Shown one piece after another: positions 28,780 to 40,238 of a stretch of DNA of 64,000 bases. The notes beneath the pieces were generated by a model. That model saw nothing but the letters and a program-made list of their open reading frames with translations, ran no database searches and was not told the DNA's origin. The translations under genes were made by a program, and so were the position numbers. How positions within the stretch are numbered: the first letter of the stretch is position 1; every line of letters begins with the position of its first letter. Source of the DNA: Promethearchaeota archaeon (GTDB lineage Archaea > Asgardarchaeota > Lokiarchaeia > Sigyniarchaeales > SOKP01); assembly GCA_030599585.1 (NCBI GenBank), contig JAUVNS010000009.1:64001-128000 (forward strand). Direction: 5' to 3'.

Positions 28780-31107
28780 TTGGTAAGAAAATCGTTAGAA
28801 GAACTTGTTCGAGAAATTCCTCATCTTTCCTTAATAGTGCCTTCATCTTATACTAAAACACTTAAGGAGACTGCTGGAAAACCTATGATTATTAGACAAG
28901 CATTGGGTTTGAAGCATACTTTAGAAAATCTACCTATTATTATTAGACCTGACGAGTTAATCGTTGGAACTTTTGATAAAGATATTCCCGTCGCAATACC
29001 TAGAATGGAAGGAAGTGGGTTTAGAATTTTGAAAGAACTAAACGGACTTTCGAGCAGAGTTCTAAATCCGATTAAAGTTAATGACGGTGATATAAAAAAA
29101 CTAAAAGAAACAATAGCTCCATTTTATGAAAACTTTAAAATTGATACTTATGCAAGAGAAATTGCAGATGAGAGCGTATTCGAAACTTCCTTTAGTGGAT
29201 GTGCATATGTTGCAACTGAAATAGGAGGAATTTCCCATGTTGTTGTTGATTATCCCCGTCTAATTTCGATGGGTTTAAAGGCATACATAGATTTATCTAT
29301 AGAAAAATTAGCTAATTACGCGCAGTTAGAGATAAAAGATAAAATAGTTAATGAACAAATAGCCTATTATGAGGCAATGATAATAATTTGCAAAGCACTG
29401 ATTAATTTTTCTCACAAATATTCAAACCATGCAAAAACACTTTCTGAAAGCGTGAATAATGAAGAAAGAAAGAAGGAATTAAAAAAAATAGCTGAAACAT
29501 GCAATAAAATCCCAGAAGACCCACCCAAGAATCTCCAAGAAGCGATTCAATTTATTTGGTTTATCCATATGGCTCTTCATTTAGAAAATTTCGAACACGG
29601 AATTTCTTTTGGACGAATGGATCAGTATCTATTGAAATTCTATGATGGAAATGAGGATTTTGCTGTTAAATTAATTAAAAATTTGCTGCTAAAAACCAAC
29701 GAAGTTATCGCATTATATGACAGCGTTGCCACGCAATATTTTGGAGGAATGGCTACTACCCAAAATGTTCTAATTGGAGGTATTGATAAGAACGGTAAAG
29801 ATTCCACTAATGATCTTACCTATCTTTTTCTTGATGCCCTAGACCAAGCAGCTGTTCCAAGTCCAAACTTGGTAGTTAGATTAAATAAAGAAACTCCTAC
29901 TAATATAATTAAAAAAATAGCAGATATCTTAGCAAAAGGTAAAAATGTTATAGGTTTATACAACGATGAATTAATCGTACAAAGTTTAAGAAATTGCGGC
30001 ATACCATTGGAGGAAGCGCGAGATTACGGAATAGTTGGTTGCGTTGGATTATCTACATCGGGATCTTCTTACGACAACACTGGAGCCGTTTTTTTAAACT
30101 TGCCAAAAGCTTTAGAACTTGCTTTAGGAACAGATAAATCGATTGCTAGTAAATATATTGACAACAATCTCGATTTTAAAGCGTTCAAATCAATAGAGGA
30201 TATTATTGATGTTTTTGAAATCAAGCTTAAAGCGTTGATGAAAATGGCAGCTACAGCTGCTAATGCTTACCAGCAAGCACATAAAATATTAAAACCCACC
30301 CCGTTGATGTCACTTTGTATAAAAGGAAGTTTTGAGAAAGGAATTGATGTAAACGAAGGCTCAGCGAAATATAATTTTTCAGGCATTCATGTGACAGGCT
30401 TTTCAGACGTAGTGGATTCAATAGCTGCTATAAATTGGGCTGTTTTTATGGAGAAGAAAATAGAAATGGAAGATTTAATCAATGCTTTAAAGAATAATTT
30501 TAGAGGGTGTAAAGATATCCAGAGCTATCTTATTTATAAGTGCCCGAAATATGGAAGCGATGATGATAACGCAGATGTTTTCGCTAAGAAAGCTATTGAA
30601 ATACTTGCTCAATCTGTGAAGGGGTTAAAAAGTGCCCGAGGAGGCGATTATCGGGTGGGGATTCATGCAATGACCACTCATGTTGGATTTGGTATATTCA
30701 CGGGAGCTCTTCCATCTGGCAGAAAAAAGGGAAAACCGTTAAATAGGGATATTGCTCCTGGATTCACGGGCGAAAAAGGGATCACTGCCGCTATTAATAG
30801 CATAACCAAAATCAACCACGCCCTTCTTACAAATGGTGTGGCATGCACTCTTAATATTGATCCTAATATGGTATTATTAGACAATGGAAAGATTTTCGAA
30901 TCAATACTAAGAACTTATGTAAAATTAAATGGTTCTCATTTACAGTTTAACTCAATTTCTTTAGAAACACTTAACGAAGCTCAAGAGTATCCAGAAATCT
31001 ACAAAGATTTGATGGTAAGAGTATCAGGTTACAGTGCTAGGTATACCGAATTACCAAGAGCTGTCCAAGATGACATTAAAGCACGATATTGCTATTCTAA
31101 ATTCTAA
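28780..31107 (+). CDS. Glycyl radical enzyme (PFL2/dehydratase-like)
   Basis: IIIRPDELIVG, SFGRMDQYL, GCVG Cys loop, C-terminal LMVRVSGYS. Confidence 0.92.
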   Translation: MVRKSLEELVREIPHLSLIVPSSYTKTLKETAGKPMIIRQALGLKHTLENLPIIIRPDELIVGTFDKDIPVAIPRMEGSGFRILKELNGLSSRVLNPIKVNDGDIKKLKETIAPFYENFKIDTYAREIADESVFETSFSGCAYVATEIGGISHVVVDYPRLISMGLKAYIDLSIEKLANYAQLEIKDKIVNEQIAYYEAMIIICKALINFSHKYSNHAKTLSESVNNEERKKELKKIAETCNKIPEDPPKNLQEAIQFIWFIHMALHLENFEHGISFGRMDQYLLKFYDGNEDFAVKLIKNLLLKTNEVIALYDSVATQYFGGMATTQNVLIGGIDKNGKDSTNDLTYLFLDALDQAAVPSPNLVVRLNKETPTNIIKKIADILAKGKNVIGLYNDELIVQSLRNCGIPLEEARDYGIVGCVGLSTSGSSYDNTGAVFLNLPKALELALGTDKSIASKYIDNNLDFKAFKSIEDIIDVFEIKLKALMKMAATAANAYQQAHKILKPTPLMSLCIKGSFEKGIDVNEGSAKYNFSGIHVTGFSDVVDSIAAINWAVFMEKKIEMEDLINALKNNFRGCKDIQSYLIYKCPKYGSDDDNADVFAKKAIEILAQSVKGLKSARGGDYRVGIHAMTTHVGFGIFTGALPSGRKKGKPLNRDIAPGFTGEKGITAAINSITKINHALLTNGVACTLNIDPNMVLLDNGKIFESILRTYVKLNGSHLQFNSISLETLNEAQEYPEIYKDLMVRVSGYSARYTELPRAVQDDIKARYCYSKF

Positions 31108-31292
31108 AATATTGCATCATTAAAGTCTTATTATAACAAATTAGCATTTTATCAATAGCAAAAAAATTATAAAAATAGACTTGATTTCTTATCTTAATGA
31201 ACTAAATTTTAGATTTTCCATACAATATATTAAAATTATAAAATGAATTAAACAGTTCATAGTAGAACGATATAAATCTCAAATGATCTAAT

Positions 31293-33212
31293 ATGTACGA
31301 TTTTGATTATGAAGAATTAGGAATGAAGTGCGGCTTGGAAATCCATCAACAACTGAACACTAAGAAAAAACTATTTTGTAGATGCCCAAGTAAACTTCTG
31401 GGTAAAAAAAGCCCTGACTTTACCATAAATCGATTAATGAGACCCGTTTTAGGTGAGATGGGAACTTTTGATAAAGCAATGCTTACTGAATATGAGAAGA
31501 ACATAAATATAGAATACGAGTGTTATAACGATGAGATTTGTACGTATGAATTAGACGAAACTCCTCCTTTTTCATGCAATAGTGAGGCGAGAAAAATCGC
31601 TTTAAAAATTGCACTGCTTTTAAATTCCAATATTATCGAAGAAATGCATGTATGCAGGAAGAATTATCTCGACGGGAGTGTTCCTTCTGGGTTTCAAAGA
31701 ACAATGATACTAGGAACAGACGGATTTATTACGTTAAAAACTGGAAAGAAAGTGAGAATAGAGATTTTAAGCTTAGAAGAAGATTCAGCAAGGAAAATAA
31801 AAACGGTTAACAAAACTAATTATTTCCGCTTAGATCGGTTAGGAATTCCTTTAGTTGAAATCACTACTAAGCCCGATATTAATAACCCTGAGGAATGTAG
31901 GGAGTGTGCTGAGCGTTTAGGATTATTATTATGGTCGACAAATGTGAAGAAAGTTCTCGGTTCAATTCGACAAGATATCAATGTTAGTATAAAAAAAGGG
32001 ACGAGAATTGAAATTAAAGGCGTTCAGAAGTTAGAATGGATACCAACCCTTATAAATCACGAGATATCACGTCAAATTGGACTACTTAACGTTAAAGAAG
32101 AATTAGAAACAAGAAAATTAACTGAACGAGATGTACATAATATACATTCAGATTTGACAGAATCTTTCTCTAATACGAGCTCCAATTTCGCATCTAAAGA
32201 GATCGCCTCTGGTAAGAAGCTTTACGGTATAAATTTAAAAGGATTTAAAGGCATTTTTGGAAAACTTTTAATTGAAGATTATCGATTTGGAACAGAAGTA
32301 AGTAGTAAAGTTAAATCTCTAACTGGATTGAATGGGATAATCCATTCTGATGAAGATCTTACAAAATATAAATTTTCCGATAACGATGTTAAAATCGTAA
32401 AAACTAAACTTAATTCAAAGGAAGGTGATTGTTTTATTTTGGTTTTAGGAACAGAAGAAGAAGTTTCTAAAGCAATAACCACTGTGGTTGAACGAGTGAA
32501 GCAAGCGTTCAAAGGAGTTCCTCCAGAAACTAGGAAAGCTTTAGAAAATGGCAATACTGAATTTTTACGAGAATTACATGGTGGTGCGAGATTGTATCCT
32601 GACACGGACTCAAGGGCAATTATGAATGATATTAATGAAATCAACGAAATTAATGCTAATTTACCCGATTATCCTTGGAATGTAATAAAAAAATATGTTA
32701 ACTCCTATCACATTGAAGAATCTTCAATAAAACAGTTGTTTTTCACTGGAAAATTAAATCTCTTCAAAAAATTAATCAAAATTTATTCGGATAATCCATC
32801 TATTATTATAAACAAGATTCTAAATACTACTACAGCTCTTCGACGTGAAGGTAAAAATATCGAAAATATTAAGGAATCTGACTTCGAAGAGATTTTTAAG
32901 TATTTAAAAAATAAAGAGATTAGCAAAGAAGCAATAGAAGAAATTATGATAATGAAAGCTGATTATCCCGAACTTACAATTAGCGAAATAAAAGAACGAT
33001 TAAAACTTGAAAGTATAAGTGTAGAAGAATTATCTAAAATAATCGATGAAGTAATAGATATTAACATCGATATTGTTAAACAAAAAGGTATGAGGGCAAT
33101 CGGACCTCTCATGGGAGAAGTGATGAAAAAAGTGAGGGGAAAAATTGATGGAGCAATAATTTCAAGAGAAGTGAAGAATAAATTAAATTTAAAATTAAAG
33201 GAGTTGAAGTAA
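31293..33212 (+). CDS. gatE: Glu-tRNA(Gln) amidotransferase subunit E
   Basis: GLEIHQQL, DGSVPSGFQRT, LDRLGIPLVEI, RLYPDTD. Confidence 0.96.
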   Translation: MYDFDYEELGMKCGLEIHQQLNTKKKLFCRCPSKLLGKKSPDFTINRLMRPVLGEMGTFDKAMLTEYEKNINIEYECYNDEICTYELDETPPFSCNSEARKIALKIALLLNSNIIEEMHVCRKNYLDGSVPSGFQRTMILGTDGFITLKTGKKVRIEILSLEEDSARKIKTVNKTNYFRLDRLGIPLVEITTKPDINNPEECRECAERLGLLLWSTNVKKVLGSIRQDINVSIKKGTRIEIKGVQKLEWIPTLINHEISRQIGLLNVKEELETRKLTERDVHNIHSDLTESFSNTSSNFASKEIASGKKLYGINLKGFKGIFGKLLIEDYRFGTEVSSKVKSLTGLNGIIHSDEDLTKYKFSDNDVKIVKTKLNSKEGDCFILVLGTEEEVSKAITTVVERVKQAFKGVPPETRKALENGNTEFLRELHGGARLYPDTDSRAIMNDINEINEINANLPDYPWNVIKKYVNSYHIEESSIKQLFFTGKLNLFKKLIKIYSDNPSIIINKILNTTTALRREGKNIENIKESDFEEIFKYLKNKEISKEAIEEIMIMKADYPELTISEIKERLKLESISVEELSKIIDEVIDINIDIVKQKGMRAIGPLMGEVMKKVRGKIDGAIISREVKNKLNLKLKELK

Positions 33213-34583
33213 ATGAGTGATTCGTTAAAAGGATACAAAGAAAAAGCGAGAGAATACCTAGAAAAGAACAATATTCAAATTTGGGATATCGTAGAATTAA
33301 AAACAAAAAAAACCACATTACAAGGTATAATTTTACCTAGAAATGAGTACTCTGCTCCTAATTTTATTGAAATTAAGTTAAAAAACAATTACAATGTAGG
33401 GATTAATATAAATGACGTAGTAGAGATTAAAAAAACCGGTAAAAAAGAGGCGATATATAAAATTCCAGAAAAAAAATTCCCAATTAATAAAAATTTACCA
33501 AATATCCAACTTCTTGGTACAGGAGGAACAGTGGCATCAAGGCTAGATTATACTACCGGGGCGGTTATCCCTTCCTTTACTCCTGGAGAATTGTTTAGTG
33601 CCGTCCCAGAATTAGCAGAGATATGCAACCTTGAATGTGAGATTGCTTTTGAGATTTTGTCGGAAAACATGAAACCTGAATATTGGCAAGAACTAGCAAA
33701 AAAGGTTAAAAGCGCAGTAGATGATGGAATCGACGGAATCTTAATCGGGCACGGAACCGACACTATGAGCTTTACAAGTGCTGCTTTAGCTTTCATGCTT
33801 GAGAATTTACCTATTCCGGTAGTTATTACAGGAAGTCAAAGAAGCTCTGATCGTCCATCCTCTGATGCTGCTCTTAACTTGATAAACGCTGCTGTTGTAG
33901 CAAGTTCAGATATTTCGGAAGTTTTGGTCACGATGTTAGGATCCTCTTCACATGATTATGGGTTAATCCATAGAGGTACACTCGTCAGAAAAATGCATTC
34001 ATCCGTCAGAGAAGCATTCCGTACTATTGATCAAGTTCCATTAGGCATGATCCAAAACAGAAAAATCAAAATGTTTAGTTCAGATTATAAGAAGAGATCA
34101 AATCGAGAGATTATATTAAAGACAAAATTTGAAAAGAAGATCGCACTAGTCTACTCTTACCCTGGTATGGAAAGTGAATTAATTGATTTTTATATCGATA
34201 AGGGCTATAAAGGGATAATAGTTGCAGGAACGGGACTAGGTCACATTGGCACAAATATGCATGAATCTATTAAAAGAGCAATCCAGGAAGGAATTATTAT
34301 ACTAATGACCACTCAAACCTTACATGGGTTCGTTGGAATGGATGTATATTCCACTGGGAGAGAGTTACAAAATCTTGGTGTTATTCCTGGAAAGAACATT
34401 TTACCAGAGGTCGGTTATGTTAAACTTGGTTGGGTTCTTGGTCAAACTCAAGATCCAAATGAGATTAAAAATCTACTATTAACAAATATCGCTGGAGAGT
34501 TCATAGATAGGGAACTACCAATCGCTTTTAATTACAATATTGATAGCCTATTAAAGAGTAAAACTTTTTTAAAACAACAATAG
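33213..34583 (+). CDS. gatD: Glu-tRNA(Gln) amidotransferase subunit D
   Basis: TGGTVASRLDY, HGTDT, GSQRSSDRPSSD. Confidence 0.96.
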   Translation: MSDSLKGYKEKAREYLEKNNIQIWDIVELKTKKTTLQGIILPRNEYSAPNFIEIKLKNNYNVGININDVVEIKKTGKKEAIYKIPEKKFPINKNLPNIQLLGTGGTVASRLDYTTGAVIPSFTPGELFSAVPELAEICNLECEIAFEILSENMKPEYWQELAKKVKSAVDDGIDGILIGHGTDTMSFTSAALAFMLENLPIPVVITGSQRSSDRPSSDAALNLINAAVVASSDISEVLVTMLGSSSHDYGLIHRGTLVRKMHSSVREAFRTIDQVPLGMIQNRKIKMFSSDYKKRSNREIILKTKFEKKIALVYSYPGMESELIDFYIDKGYKGIIVAGTGLGHIGTNMHESIKRAIQEGIIILMTTQTLHGFVGMDVYSTGRELQNLGVIPGKNILPEVGYVKLGWVLGQTQDPNEIKNLLLTNIAGEFIDRELPIAFNYNIDSLLKSKTFLKQQ

Positions 34584-34679
34584 TTTTTTCTCACAAATCT
34601 ATAATTGCTATGCAAAATAATAAAAAATTTAAACTTTTATTAATTAGATATTACTAATTCGATATAGTAAGTGATCTTT

Positions 34680-35408
34680 ATGGGAAAGCGTATATTAGCT
34701 CAAAGAAAAGGATACGGCAATTTATGGGCTCGATCTCCAAGTCACCGACATGTAGGAAAGGTAAAGTATCGTCCCTTCAAGAAAGATGAAAAATTGTTTA
34801 AATTTAAAGTGATCGATTTCCTCCACGCTCCAGGTAGAGGGGCTCCAGTAGCTAGAATTAGGTACGAAAATGGGGAAAAAAGTTTATGGCTACCTCCAGA
34901 AGGAATTTATGAAGGACAAGAATTTATCCAATCAAAAACGGGATACGGACAAGAAGTAAAAGTCGGAAATATCCTACCTATTAAAAAAATGCCAATAGGA
35001 ACGCTTGTATTCAATATCGAAGGAACTCCCAGCGATGGGGGTAAATTCGCGAGAGCATCCGGAGTTTCTGCTATTGTTCGAAACAAATCTGGAAAAAATA
35101 TTGAAGTGTTATTTCGATCAAAAAAAACAAAATGGTTCAATGAAAATTGTCTTTGTACCGTAGGAGTAGTTGCAGGTGGAGGTAGAACAGATAAACCTTT
35201 CCTGAAAGCGGGAAACGCACACTACGCTTACCGTTCTAAAGCTAAGAAGTGGCCGGTGGTCCGTGGAGTTACCATGAACGCTGCAAGCCACCCTTATGGA
35301 GGAGGCGCAAAACAAAGCCCCCACAAACCAACAACCACTTCTAGAAATGCTCCTCCTGGCCGAAAAGTTGGTCAAATCGCAGCTAGGCGGACAGGTCATC
35401 AGAATTAA
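34680..35408 (+). CDS. rpl2: 50S ribosomal protein uL2
   Basis: MGKRILAQRKG, PGRGAP, WPVVRGVTMN, PPGRKVG. Confidence 0.97.
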   Translation: MGKRILAQRKGYGNLWARSPSHRHVGKVKYRPFKKDEKLFKFKVIDFLHAPGRGAPVARIRYENGEKSLWLPPEGIYEGQEFIQSKTGYGQEVKVGNILPIKKMPIGTLVFNIEGTPSDGGKFARASGVSAIVRNKSGKNIEVLFRSKKTKWFNENCLCTVGVVAGGGRTDKPFLKAGNAHYAYRSKAKKWPVVRGVTMNAASHPYGGGAKQSPHKPTTTSRNAPPGRKVGQIAARRTGHQN

Positions 35409-35555
35409 ATTTTATTTTTACTACTTCTCTTTCTACAATACAACCATTGAGATATTTTTATTGGAATATTTGCTTTTTAATAACAATTTAAAAAAAGAAT
35501 AATAATTGATCGTAGATTATTTCAATTATAGAGATGATAAAAGAGTTAGGTAGCT

Positions 35556-36914
35556 ATGGATCATAAATTTATCAATCCCGTTGAAACCCGTTATCGAACT
35601 GAAATAGCCGACATTTTTACAGAAGATAAAAAATTAGCCAACTGGTTAAAAGTTGAAGCTGTATTAGCTAAAGCTCACGCTAAACTTGGGAACATTCCAC
35701 AAGAGGCTGCTAATGAGATATTTAAAAAAGCTAATTTACAGAATGTAAAATTAAATCGTGTCAAAGAAATAGATAGAGAAATACATCACGATTTAATGGC
35801 TATGGTTAAAGCTTTATCTGAACAATGCGAGGGAGACGCAGGAAAATATATTCATTTAGGAGCAACTAGTTACGATATTGAAGACACAGCAACAGCACTT
35901 CAGCTAAAAGAAGCGATCTTGCATATTATAAAATCGTTGAAGAAACTAATTAAAGCTTTAATCAAAGTAATTGATGATAAGAAAAACCTCGTTTGTATAG
36001 GAAGAACTCACGGACAGCATGCTATTCCAACAACGTATGGGATGAGATTTGGTGTGTGGGCATATGAATTAGATAGGCATATGGATAGATTAAAAGAAAC
36101 GCTAAGTAGAATCACCTTCGGTAAAATGTCTGGGGCAGTGGGAACTATGGCAAGCTTTGGAGAGAGTGGTATTGAGATACAAAAAATAGTAATTAAAGAG
36201 CTTGATTTACATTTACCACTAATAACTAACCAAATAATTCAAAGAGATCGTCACGCAGAGGTGATTTTTATAACAACATTAATAGGACAATCTCTTGCTA
36301 AAATTTCAAGGCAAATTAGAATACTTCAAAGGAATGAAATAGCTGAAATGTTTGAACCTTTTAAGAAGAGCCAAGTTGGTAGTTCAACAATGCCCCATAA
36401 AAGAAATCCTCATAAATCTGAGAGAATCTGTAGTTTAGCCCGATTGTTGAAGTCTAACGTAATTCCCGCTTTAGATAATATGGTTTTAGAAGATGAGAGA
36501 GATTTAACGAATTCTGCTAATGAAAGAATAATTTTCTCAGAGAATTTCATACTTTTAGATTTTATGATAAATCAGTTAACGGAAATAATCCTAGGTCTCG
36601 AATTTGACGAATTTAAAATAGAAAGTAATTTAAATCTTACTAAAGGAGCGAGCCTCGTCGAAAAAGTCATGATTAATCTGGTTAAAAAAGGTATCGGTAG
36701 ACAAGAAGGACATGAAATTTTAAGGAAAGCAGCTATTAAAGCAAAAAATGAAAATATAATAATTAACGAAATTTTATTTAAAAATCCAAAAATTCGAGAT
36801 GTCTTTTCTAAAAACGAGATTGATGATTTGTTGGATCCTCACAATTACATAGGGAAAGCTCTTGAACAAACAGAAAATCTTCTAAATGTTCTTAAAAATA
36901 AGTACAAGTTATAA
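35556..36914 (+). CDS. purB: Adenylosuccinate lyase
   Basis: HLGATSYD, GRTHGQHA, GSSTMPHKRNP. Confidence 0.96.
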   Translation: MDHKFINPVETRYRTEIADIFTEDKKLANWLKVEAVLAKAHAKLGNIPQEAANEIFKKANLQNVKLNRVKEIDREIHHDLMAMVKALSEQCEGDAGKYIHLGATSYDIEDTATALQLKEAILHIIKSLKKLIKALIKVIDDKKNLVCIGRTHGQHAIPTTYGMRFGVWAYELDRHMDRLKETLSRITFGKMSGAVGTMASFGESGIEIQKIVIKELDLHLPLITNQIIQRDRHAEVIFITTLIGQSLAKISRQIRILQRNEIAEMFEPFKKSQVGSSTMPHKRNPHKSERICSLARLLKSNVIPALDNMVLEDERDLTNSANERIIFSENFILLDFMINQLTEIILGLEFDEFKIESNLNLTKGASLVEKVMINLVKKGIGRQEGHEILRKAAIKAKNENIIINEILFKNPKIRDVFSKNEIDDLLDPHNYIGKALEQTENLLNVLKNKYKL

Positions 36915-36916
36915 AA

Positions 36917-38113
36917 ATGTCTGATAATAAAGATATTTATTCTCAATTAGGTGTTTCTTCTAAAAAGGAAGATGTCCACAAAGCAATACGATTTACAGAT
37001 AAGGGATTATTCCCTGGATCTTTTTGTAAAATCGTTCAAGATGTGAGGAGAAGGGATGATTATTGTTCAGTTTTTCATTCTGATGGGGCTGGAACTAAAT
37101 CTAGCCTCGCTTATATGTATTATAAAGAGCTAGATGATACATCCGTTTTTAAAGGAATTGTACAAGACGCAATTGTTATGAATATTGACGATATGCTCTG
37201 CGTCGGGGCGACAGGAGATTATTTCATTTCCAATAATATCGGTCGAAATAGCAGGTACATTGATGGCGAGATTATTAAAACCATTATTCAAGAATATTAC
37301 TCCTTTAGTAAAAAGTTGTCTGATTTGGGTTTGGATACTTTAGTTTGTGGTGGTGAAACCGCCGACGTTGGAGATGTCGTAAAAACTCTCATAATCGACG
37401 CATCAGCGTTCACTAGTTTGAAGAAAAAAGATGTCATCGATTTAAGCAAAATTTCCAATAACGATGTAATCCTCGGTTTAGCGAGTTATGGAAAAGCAAC
37501 TTATGAAGAAGAATTTAATAGCGGGATAGGTAGTAACGGTTTAACGCTTGCTCGACATGGAGTTCTATCGCACGAATATTACGCAAAATATCCTGAGTGT
37601 TATGACAAATCCCTTGATGAACGCTTAGTTTTTTTCGGAAATCACTTGCTTTCTGATAAAATTAAAGGTTCGAGTTTAACGATAGGAAAAGCACTTTTGT
37701 CTCCAACTAGAACTTATGCCCCAATAATCTTAGATGTACTAAGAAATCATCGAAAGGAAATTCACGGAATAATACACAACACCGGAGGGGGCCAAACAAA
37801 AATCTTGAACTATGGGAAAGGAATCAAATACACAAAGAACAATCTGTTTCAAATTCCTAAAATATTTGAAATTATTCAAACTTCTTCGGAAACTCAATGG
37901 AAAGAGATGTTTCAAGTGTTTAATATGGGTCATCGGATGGAAATTTATTGTAATGAAACTACAGCTCAAGATATAATTAAAATCAGCAAAAAATACAATG
38001 TAAACTCGAAAATTATTGGTTTCTGCCAAAATTCCACATCGAAACATCAGAATTTACTCGAAATAAAGTCTGAATTTGGATCCTTTAGTTACAATCAAAA
38101 AGACATAATTTAG
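36917..38113 (+). CDS. purM: AIR synthase (PurM), long Bacteroidetes-like type
   Basis: GVSSKKEDVH, DGAGTK, GGETADVGD, SNGLT, LSPTRTY, VFNMGHR. Confidence 0.9.
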   Translation: MSDNKDIYSQLGVSSKKEDVHKAIRFTDKGLFPGSFCKIVQDVRRRDDYCSVFHSDGAGTKSSLAYMYYKELDDTSVFKGIVQDAIVMNIDDMLCVGATGDYFISNNIGRNSRYIDGEIIKTIIQEYYSFSKKLSDLGLDTLVCGGETADVGDVVKTLIIDASAFTSLKKKDVIDLSKISNNDVILGLASYGKATYEEEFNSGIGSNGLTLARHGVLSHEYYAKYPECYDKSLDERLVFFGNHLLSDKIKGSSLTIGKALLSPTRTYAPIILDVLRNHRKEIHGIIHNTGGGQTKILNYGKGIKYTKNNLFQIPKIFEIIQTSSETQWKEMFQVFNMGHRMEIYCNETTAQDIIKISKKYNVNSKIIGFCQNSTSKHQNLLEIKSEFGSFSYNQKDII

Positions 38114-38120
38114 GAGTGAA

Positions 38121-39086
38121 GTGGTTAAAATTTTCGATGTAATTTGTATTGGGGCTGCACTTGTTGACATGATAGCTCAAGTAGCAAGACACCCCTTAGA
38201 TGATGATGAAGTATTTGTATCAGATTTAACAATATTATCTGGTGGGGCTGCAGCGAATACATCATATGCTTGCGCAAAAATTGGCTTATCGACAGCTTTT
38301 ATCGGTAAACTAGGGGAAAGAGATCCTTTCAGCGAGAAAGTAATCAACGATTTTAAAGAAGTCTCTGTAGATACAAGCTTAATTAAGTATTCTAGAGATT
38401 ATACAACAGGATCTGCATATGTAGCCTTAAATCAAAAAGGAGATAGAAGAATATACGCTAATAGTGGGGCTGCTAACTATCTCTCAAAAGAAGATATATC
38501 AAAAAAAGAACTCAAAAATACAAAAATAATCTATTTAAGTAGCTTACAAAATATAGTACCCTTATTACACGCAGCAAAAATAGGTAGAAACCTTAATATA
38601 CCTGTGATTCTGAACCCCGGTATGTTGATCATAGAACAAGGCTTCGACTACATCAAAAACTTATTAGAGAAAATCGACATATTAATACTCTCTCAAAAAG
38701 AATTTAAAACTCTTTTTAATTTCAAAGAAAACGATTTAAGCGAAGATTCAATTAGAGAAAGATCAGTTTCATTATTTGCTTTAGGTATGAAAGTTATTGT
38801 TATCACACTTGGCGAAAAAGGAGCATTCCTACTAACTACCACACACGATGAACTTATACATCCGCTAAAATTAGAAAAAGTAATTGATACAACTGGAGCT
38901 GGTGACGCTTTTTCTGCAGGTTTCATTTATGGTTTAGTTAAAAATTTAAACCTAAAATTTGAACACTTAAGAAATAACGTAAAAATTGGTAATTTTGTAG
39001 CTGGCAATTGTATACAAAAATTAGGAGCGAGAAACGGAATTCCAACGAGAAATGATTTAAAAACTTTTTTTGGGCAATCCAAATAA
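38121..39086 (+). CDS. PfkB/ribokinase-family carbohydrate kinase
   Basis: GGAAAN, TLGEKGA, DTTGAGDAF. Confidence 0.93.
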   Translation: MVKIFDVICIGAALVDMIAQVARHPLDDDEVFVSDLTILSGGAAANTSYACAKIGLSTAFIGKLGERDPFSEKVINDFKEVSVDTSLIKYSRDYTTGSAYVALNQKGDRRIYANSGAANYLSKEDISKKELKNTKIIYLSSLQNIVPLLHAAKIGRNLNIPVILNPGMLIIEQGFDYIKNLLEKIDILILSQKEFKTLFNFKENDLSEDSIRERSVSLFALGMKVIVITLGEKGAFLLTTTHDELIHPLKLEKVIDTTGAGDAFSAGFIYGLVKNLNLKFEHLRNNVKIGNFVAGNCIQKLGARNGIPTRNDLKTFFGQSK

Positions 39087-39150
39087 AAAAATTTAAAATA
39101 TTTCGATATAACTATCTTTTATTCATAAAACATGTTGGTAAATATTAATT

Positions 39151-40221
39151 ATGGGAAGACGTGAAAGCCCTCTAAAAACGATTTTAAGGCAACGATTTTA
39201 TTTTCTATTCGAAGTATTGATAATTTTCCTTGGCATTTTTATTTTCATGTTAATTCCTACTTTTCTGTTGCCATTTTTGATTGATAGTAGTTCTGTGATT
39301 TTTGAACCTCTTTATTATTTAGTAAAGGCCATTATTATAGTCGTAGCCATACCTTTATTTCTTTACATATCATATTTTATAATGGAAAAACAGAGAAAAA
39401 TATTGATTTTAGATGTAGACATTAGTCCTTCAAGAGGTTTTCTTAGTTTGTTTAAGATAACACGTAAAAATTTTAAATTTCAACTCTTATACGGTGTATT
39501 ATTGCTTTTTTTAATTTTCATACCATTAGATTTTTTTACTTATCTCTTTATTCCTGATATGCTTGATTTTGTTTCCACAGCATTACAACCCGCAGGAGAA
39601 TCTTCTTTAAATAATTATTTCAACGAGAATTACTTCATTTTTCTTCTATCAATCATCTTGATACCTCTGTGTGTTGCGATTTATGAAGAATCGTTAACAA
39701 GAGGCTTTTTAACTAACAGAGGAAGTGAATACACTAATAAAATGTCGGCGGTGATAATTACTTCATTTTTCTTCGGTTTGGGTCATTTTAGTTATATATT
39801 TACGGCACCCTCAATCGGATTTCCAATTATTTTTCCGATTATTTGGTTTTTACAAACATTCTTAGTGGGTATTGTTCTTTCTATGGTAGTTTTAAGAAGG
39901 CATTGGATTTTTCCAGTGATCTTCGCACATACTCTAAATAATGTTATCACATCTTTCTCGATTTGGAACAATATACACCATATTGATTTTTCGTTTATGA
40001 CATTTTATGTTTACATTCCTTTATTGATAACAGGAATACTACTCTTAATTTGGCAATTTTCTCGAATTAAAGAGAGTTTAACAATAGGTTGGAAGGAATT
40101 TAAAAGCTATTTTACCCGTGATGAAACTATCAGAGAAGGTACGCTAGAAACTGTTGTTAGAATTATAATGGATTTTTTATTTGGAATACTTATTTTTGTA
40201 ATTGGAGTAATAATATTATAG
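39151..40221 (+). CDS. CPBP (CAAX/Abi) intramembrane glutamic endopeptidase
   Basis: EESLTRG, FGLGH, HTLNN; multiple TM segments. Confidence 0.9.
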   Translation: MGRRESPLKTILRQRFYFLFEVLIIFLGIFIFMLIPTFLLPFLIDSSSVIFEPLYYLVKAIIIVVAIPLFLYISYFIMEKQRKILILDVDISPSRGFLSLFKITRKNFKFQLLYGVLLLFLIFIPLDFFTYLFIPDMLDFVSTALQPAGESSLNNYFNENYFIFLLSIILIPLCVAIYEESLTRGFLTNRGSEYTNKMSAVIITSFFFGLGHFSYIFTAPSIGFPIIFPIIWFLQTFLVGIVLSMVVLRRHWIFPVIFAHTLNNVITSFSIWNNIHHIDFSFMTFYVYIPLLITGILLLIWQFSRIKESLTIGWKEFKSYFTRDETIREGTLETVVRIIMDFLFGILIFVIGVIIL

Positions 40222-40238
40222 CGAGTATTAAAAAAGAA

